Source of the DNA: Zootoca vivipara
Lineage: Eukaryota
Length of the DNA stretch: 64,000 nt
Assembly (NCBI RefSeq): GCF_963506605.1
Contig: NC_083281.1
Span: 90,644,001 to 90,708,000 of the forward strand
Direction: 5' to 3'
Shown piece after piece: positions 58,223 through 64,000 of this stretch. Position 1 is the stretch's first letter. Every line of letters begins with the position of its first letter. The translations under genes and the position numbers were made by a program. The notes beneath the pieces were generated by a model. The model searched no databases. It saw only the letters and a program-made list of their open reading frames with translations, and was not told the DNA's origin.

Positions 58223-61041
58223 TTATACTCCGCCCACCTGGCTGGGTTTCCCCAGCCACTCTGGGCGGCTTCCAACAGAACATTAAAATACAATAATCTA
58301 TTAAACATTAAAAGCTTCCCTAAACAGTGTGGTCTAGCCCTCCAGGCTCTAGAAGAGGCACAGGAGATGCTTAGTGGTCTGTGGGGCTCCAGAGGGCAAT
58401 AATCTCAAAATCAAGGCAGCCGCCAACCAGCTGAGGACCAGACAGACAACATGCAGCTTCTCCTGATATTTTGAGGTTCAGCATCAGGCCCAGGATCAGG
58501 TGCCTGGCAGGATTAGCCCAGCTTCCTGCATCTGATCACCGCCAGATCAGCTCCATCCCTCCTCGTTCCACCTCACCAGTGGTACCTCAGGCTGTGCTTG
58601 GCAAGCCAGTCCACAAGCGCCGCTGCTGCTTTTCATTTTGCACCTGCCTCCAAGGGCAGCCCCTGCCCTGCAGACCACGGGCGGTGCTCCTGGAGGGGCC
58701 TAAGGCCTGGAAGATGGCCAAGGGAGCCCGTGACCCCCGGGGAGGAGCAAGTGCCCTGTGCCTGCCTCCCGCTCTCTTGCCAAGGTCCCCTTCCAGCCTT
58801 GGGCTCTCTCTTCATGGCTGGCCATGGGCCTCAGCCCCCCTTCAGGCCACTGTCTCTCCCCCCCCCAGGTCCTTCCTGGCCATCCCTGCCTCTTCCTGGG
58901 TGGACGACTTCATCGACTGGCTGAGCCCCTTTTCCAGCTGCTGCCGCATCCACAGCTTCGGCCCAGACAAGGGCCAGTTCTGCCCCTCCACCGACAGTAA
59001 GCAGAGAAACCCGCCAGAGATTCTTCAGCTGCGGTTCTTGCATTGCAGGGGGTGGGGCTGGATGACCCTTGGGGATCCCTTCCAACTCTACAGCTCTATC
59101 ATTCTATGAAAGTATAGGGGGTGGTGGGACATCCCCGGGGGGGGGGTGTTTCCCTGCCCAAGGTTGCAGCTGCAGGGGACCAGAGATGCCTGCCTGGACC
59201 TGGGGCTCTGCCTCTCCTCTGCTTCTCTCCCCCAGCTTCCCTGTCCTGCCTGTTGAAAAAGTGCATGGCTCTGACGGGCGGGACCCTCCGGCCAAGTGTT
59301 GAGGAGTTCCACCGGTTCCTGCCCTGGTTCCTCCACGACATGCCCAACCTGAAATGCCCCAAGGGGTGAGTACTGCAAGCACCAGGGTGTGTGTATGTGT
59401 GGGTGTCAGGGTCTGGGCGATTGTTCCTGCAGCAAGGAATGATCCCCTCCTCCCCAGAAAGGGTCTCCTTGCCTGGCTGTGCGTTGTAGGGACACCTCTG
59501 CCGGAAGGGGTGACCAGCTGCTGCTCCGGGGCTGAGGAGCGGCCGGATTGAACCAGTGGCGCCCATGAGGCCAGGCCAGGCTGGGCAGGGTGCCTATTGC
59601 AGTGGGTGGACTTTGCCAGGAGAGCAGTAGGAGGAAATGGCCCACAAGGAGGTTGGTATGGAGCCCATGGATTTTTCCTGGGGGCAACTGGACCTCTGTG
59701 GGGAGATGGTTCCAAACCCAGGCCCTGAGGGAGGGACCTCTGAGGCCGTCTTGATGTGTGAGCCATCCATGGGTAGGTGGGGCTGGGGGAGGGCTTTTCC
59801 CAAGCCATTTTTTGGGGAACTGCGGGTGGCAGTTGCCTGCTAGCCAGCTGGGCTGCCCTAAGCCTTTCAGTGTGGTGTAGTGGTTCGAGTGCTGGATTTA
59901 AGACCTGGGGGAGACCAGGGTTCAAATCCCTCCACTCCACCACGAGGCTCGCTGGGTAACCTTGGACCAGCCACAGTGCCTCTTAGCCTAGCCTACCTTA
60001 CAGGGTAGCTGTTGTGGTGGTGAGGCTAAAATGACGGGATGGGGGCGAGGAGTATGTATATACCACCTTGAGCTCCTTGGAGGAAAGGAGGGGGGATAAT
60101 AATTGCAATGAATAAATCAATAAAATAGAATAAAAAGGGCTCTGGGGCCATTTCCAGTTTGCACCTGCTCCATTGGGTCTGACATGGGGAATGTTTCTGT
60201 CTGACACTCAACATGCCCCCCATCTCTTTTTCCAGGGGTCTTGGTGCCTATGACACCTCTGTGCGGCTGGGGCCAGATGGGGAAGTCATAGGTGAGTGTT
60301 TTCCCCCCTCCCATCCCCCAGAGGAAAAAGAAGCTCCAGGTGCGAGTTCTGCCGCCCTGCCAGGAGGGCACCGACTCTCTTGCTGCGGCAACCAGGGTTG
60401 GCGGAGGGATAAGCAGATGGGGAGGTGGGCTTCTGGCTTCGTATACATGCCAGTGCCTGTCTCCTGCCTCCACAGCATCCCGCTTCATGGCATACCACAC
60501 GCCCCTCAAAAACTCCCAGGAGTACACGGCGGCCCTGAAGGCAGCCCGGGAGCTGGCGGCCAACATCACCGCTGCCATGCGGCAGGTGCCCGGCACGGAC
60601 CCCAACTTCACGGTCTTCCCATACACGTAAGATGTCGGGAGCAGCTGGGGAGGGACCGGAAAGGGCATCTTGCCCTTTTTTTTGGGGGGGGGACTGTCCC
60701 TAGTTTCCCGGCTCTTCACCCCTGGGGTCAGCGAGGCTCCGGGGAGAGCGGCAAAGTGGGTCTCTTTGCCTCGCTGGTGTTCCCACGGCCGTTGTGGTTT
60801 TTCCTGCAGGATCACCTACGTGTTTTACGAGCAATTCCTGAGCATCGCCCTTGCGGGAGTCGTCAACCTGGCCGTCTGCTTGCTCCCCACCTTCCTGGTC
60901 TGCTGTGTCCTGCTGGGTATGGACCTGCGCTCAGGACTCATCAACCTGTTCACCATCATCATGATACTGGTGGACACCCAGGGAGCCATGACACTGTGGG
61001 GCATTTCCTTCAACGCCATCTCCCTCATCAACCTGGTGACG
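42988..61041 (+). CDS. NPC1L1: NPC1-like intracellular cholesterol transporter 1, coding exons 1-16 (1184 codons); remainder beyond the right edge
   Basis: Exons 42988-43041 (signal peptide), 46252-47795, 49283-49383, 50154-50326, 52791-52919, 53248-53430, 53938-54052, 55203-55330, 55547-55693, 56224-56313, 57634-57824, 58869-58996, 59236-59365, 60236-60291, 60476-60626, 60810-61041; all GT-AG and in frame. Cys-rich N-terminal domain in one 1.5-kb exon, TTDPVELWS, and sterol-sensing domain ([17 protein letters not shown]). Adjacent to DDX56. Confidence 0.96.
44175..44658. mobile_element. hAT (Tip100-like) non-autonomous element in a degenerate CR1
   Basis: CAGGGCCGG ... CTGGCCCTG with GCCTAGGGCG subterminal repeats and perfect TSD GTAATAGG (44167-44174, 44659-44666). 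Confidence 0.85.
45390..46140 (+). mobile_element. L2 LINE 3' fragment
   Basis: [14 protein letters not shown] and [17 protein letters not shown]2 remnants, then an L2-type 3' end. Confidence 0.7.
48515..48755. mobile_element. Tigger-like MITE nested in an L2 3' end
   Basis: TA|CAGTGGAACCTCGGTTTT ... AAAACCGAGGTTCCACTG|TA. Confidence 0.88.
50648..50837. mobile_element. Inverted pair of Penelope pLTR units (copy D); intact hammerhead motif at 50692-50732 (-)
   Basis: Arms 50648-50709 and 50730-50790 are reverse complements (one indel). Inserted in a (TAA)n tract. Confidence 0.85.
50850..51750 (-). mobile_element. L2 LINE 3' portion with RT remnant
   Basis: [17 protein letters not shown]...[11 protein letters not shown]...[14 protein letters not shown]. 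Confidence 0.9.
54790..55170 (+). mobile_element. Old CR1 3' fragment
   Basis: AAGCTGAATGTTGGAAGATTCAGG-like body ending in GGCCTGATCCAGCAG. Confidence 0.65.
57236..57615 (+). mobile_element. Old CR1 3' fragment
   Basis: Same family. Ends GGCCTGATCCAGCAGGTTCTTCTTATGTCCTTA just before the NPC1L1 exon 11 acceptor. Confidence 0.7.
58150..58326 (-). mobile_element. L2 3' end with long (AAT)n microsatellite
   Basis: (AAT)n at 58153-58221 followed by the shared L2 3' motif. Confidence 0.8.
59868..60125 (+). mobile_element. tRNA-derived SINE (Squam3/MIR-like)
   Basis: A-box TGGTGTAGTGG, B-box GGTTCAAATCC, CORE-like AGCCTAGCCTACCTTACAGGG and A-rich tail. Confidence 0.7.
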
Positions 61042-61239
61042 GTAAGCCAGCCCTTGCCTGCGCACCTCAGGCTGAAGGCCTCCCTGTGGGGCACAGCTCT
61101 GGCTTTGCAGGGTGGAGGCGGTAGGAGAAGGCACCCCTGAAACTCACAACAGGGGGGGGGTGTTTTCCAAGGGTCATCGTGGAGTTCCTTCCAAGGTGTC
61201 TAGCCTCAAAACGGGATTCCACCTTCTGGCTTTGCGAGT

Positions 61240-61698
61240 CTGCAAATTCTACACAAAATCCTCCCCACCCCATATTTATCCTGAAAGATCTACATTGGCG
61301 CCCAGTACGTTTCCGAGCACAATTCAAAGTGTTGGTGCTAACCTTTAAAGCCCTAAATGGCCTCGGTCCTGTATACCTGAAGGAGCGTCTCCACCCCCAT
61401 CCTTCGCCCCAGACACAGAGATCCAGCTCCGGGGGCCTTCTGGCGGTTCCCTCACTGCAAGAAGTGAGGTTTCAGGGAACCAGGCAGAGGGCCTTCTCGG
61501 TAGTGGCACCCGCCCTGTGGAACGCCCTCCCATCAGCTGTCAAGGAAATAAGCAACTATCTGACTTTTAGAAGACATCTGAAGGCAACCCTGTTTAGAGA
61601 AGTTTTTAATGTTTGATGTTTTATTGTGTTTTTAATATTCTGTTGGGAACTGCCCAGAGTGGTTGTGGAGGCCCAGCTGGATGTGCTGGGTATAAATC

Positions 61699-61745
<47 letters not shown>
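61240..61745 (+). mobile_element. L2 LINE 3' fragment with (TAA)n tail
   Basis: [34 protein letters not shown]...[15 protein letters not shown]. Confidence 0.88.
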
Positions 61746-61747
<2 letters not shown>

Positions 61748-63620
61748 CAATTTGATGTGAGGCACATGGAAGCACACTATTTCCACACATTATCCAGCTT
61801 GCACACGTACTTTGTCGAACACATCTGCTAATATTTGCTTTCCATCACAGTATTTTAAAGGAATTCCATCCACACCAACATACCCAAACTGGGAGTTCGG
61901 GGTGGATGAGAGATAGTTGGGGCGACAGGTGTATGGGGTGCAGAACAGGAAATGAAGATCATGGGGAGAGATGAGCATCAGCAAAGTGAAGAAAGCAAAT
62001 GCTCCTTATTGCATTTTCCCAAGAGAGAGTTGAAAATCTGATAGGCAGCATCTATGCTTTGGAACTCCCTGCCTATTGACATTAGGCAGGCACCCTCATT
62101 GTATTGTTCCAGATACTTGCTGAAAACTTTAGTTCAGCAAGCCTACCCAGAAATTTAATGTAGTTACCCACATTTGTTTAAAAATATTTTTCTGTTTCCT
62201 TTCCACTTTATCTTATATATGTATTTTTTTAATGGTTTTGTTGTATTTAGGTGTTTTATTGATAATTTTATCATGTAAACCACTTAAAGAGTTTTCTCAG
62301 TAGTCTATGAATTGTCCAAAATAAAGGGGGATTTTAAAGCACAACTGCCAAGGACCCCTCCCTTTGAGGCCAGCTCTAGAAATATTAAGCAGTAAATAAC
62401 TTTGGCTTTCTTTCCCCAAAGCTCATAGGACACAAAACTCAACAACACATTTGTGCAGTATCCTTAGAACACTAAGGTAGACATAATACATCATGGCAAG
62501 TTGCAAAGATTTTAGTGAGAAAACAAGGGAGCCAGGGGGTTCTTATATGTAAGAATATTTGTTTGGGAATAAAGGAAAGGAATTTTGTCACTTACATTTT
62601 ACCTGATTGCACAGAACTTGGGGCAATGCAGCACTTTCTGGGGGGAAATGTTCCGAGAGAGCATTGATTTAGATGGTTCTAAGGTGATTGTGATTGGGAG
62701 AGAGAAGCATAGCGTAAATTTAAGGGGATCATTTGATGGCAATTGATTGGTTTCGAGACCAATGGTAGGAGAGGCTCCATCACTGCTAAGCCAAACAGAA
62801 ATTTATTTAGAGGTTGATTCCACCTCTCTATTGATTCTGGACTTTCACCATAAAAAGACTACCCAATTCAAGTCAGTTGACTATTAACTAAGAACATAAG
62901 AAAAGCTCTGCTGCTGGATCAGGCCAGAGGGGGCTCTCCTAGTCCAGCATCCTGCTCTCACAGACGCCAGCCAGATGCCCATTATCAGATGATGCCCACA
63001 AGCGGGACCTGAGTGCAACAAGTCATTGCGGAGAAGGGATTTACCTGCGAATGGGTGTTCTGAAATATAACTCCAAATAACTGCCTGTTCAGAATTTCCT
63101 GAAGGGGGTGCCAAACGCTAGACACCTGAAAGTGAGCACTGTTAGACTGCATCGAAACAGAGGTTTTCGTCCACCATAACAAAAAGTATCAGGGAGCTGG
63201 GTTTATTTCCTAGCATTCAAGAGAAACTTTGTGGAGGGGGTTTCTAGGCACTTCACCCTAGCCAGCCTTGGTCCTGAGCTGCAAAGCTGTGTGCCTATTT
63301 GGCAGAGACACAGCAGCTTGAAGGTGAAGGGTAACGGTGGGAAGGGTAAAGCTGCTGCTGCTTCTCTTCCCCCTCTCCATTTTCCTGATTACAAGGATTT
63401 CCTTTACCAATTCACCTATGAGCATTGTAACCACTGGAAAAAAATGCAGAAGATGCCCAGGGTAGGTTGGACCATACAGTATTTCTCCTTCAGTTGCAAC
63501 AGAAGCAAGGTGCAATTTCTTTGCCCATTGCTGATCAGGTCAAAATTGCCACACATGGTACAAAAAAACAACTGGGGCTTTTTGGCCCAGAAAATGTGCC
63601 AGGTGGGCTTTGCAATAATT

Positions 63621-64000
63621 TGTTGTTGTTTAGTCGTGTTCAACTCTTCGTGACCCCATGAACCAGAGCACGCCAGGCACTCCTGTCTTGCACTGCCTCC
63701 CGCAGTTTGGTCAAACTCATGTTTGTAGCTTCGAGAACACTGTCCAACCATCTCGTCCTCTGTCGTCCCCTTCTCCTAGTGCCCTCAATCTTTCCCAACA
63801 TCAGGGTCTTTTCCAGGGATTCTTCTCTTCTCATGAGGTGGCCAAAGTACTGGAGCCTCAGCTTCAGGATCTGTCCTTCCATTGAGCACTCAGGGCTGAT
63901 TTCGTTCAGAATGGATAGGTTTGATCTTCTTGCAGTCCCTGGGACTCTCAAGAGTCTCCTCCAGCACCATAATTCAAAAGCATCAATTCTTCGGCGATCA
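63621..64000 (-). mobile_element. BovB LINE 3' end (continues beyond the window)
   Basis: ARRSNLSILNEISPECSMEGQILKLRLQYFGHLMRR...; highly similar to 8818-9552. Confidence 0.93.

Noticed and set aside
42988-61041. NPC1 as alternative identity
   Set aside because: The single 1.5-kb exon 2 and DDX56 linkage are NPC1L1 features.
62700-62880. tRNA-like hairpin or possible mitochondrial insertion
   Set aside because: Only a short ATTGGT-ttcgag-ACCAAT stem; no cloverleaf or mitochondrial reading frame could be built.

Overview
Eukaryotic, intron-rich vertebrate DNA. The repeats (Sauria SINEs, BovB, CR1, L2 with (TAA)n tails, hAT and Tigger MITEs) indicate a squamate reptile; a lacertid lizard is an inference. 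Five genes were reconstructed by hand from splice sites and reading frames. On the minus strand are the 5' part of PSD4 (running off the left edge) and a complete 4-exon secreted IL-1 receptor antagonist-like gene (IL1RN, 178 aa). On the plus strand are complete TMED4 (5 exons, 238 aa), complete DDX56 (14 exons, 557 aa) and the first 16 coding exons of NPC1L1 (running off the right edge). The most interesting observations are: (1) four dispersed Penelope-like insertions carrying a minimal type I hammerhead ribozyme motif, including 87-135 bp ribozyme-only units with their own TSDs, one lying sense-downstream of IL1RN; (2) an IL1RN-like protein with mixed IL1RN/IL36RN/IL1F10 features and Asp at the human K145 position, with no IL-36/IL-38 neighbours and directly joined to the TMED4-DDX56-NPC1L1 block; (3) a complete non-autonomous Helitron, a Bov-A-like bipartite BovB derivative and several nested insertions whose order can be read from their TSDs. 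Most long ORFs in the supplied track are spurious (GC-rich, antisense or transposon-derived). All homology statements come from recall of protein and repeat families, not from searches.
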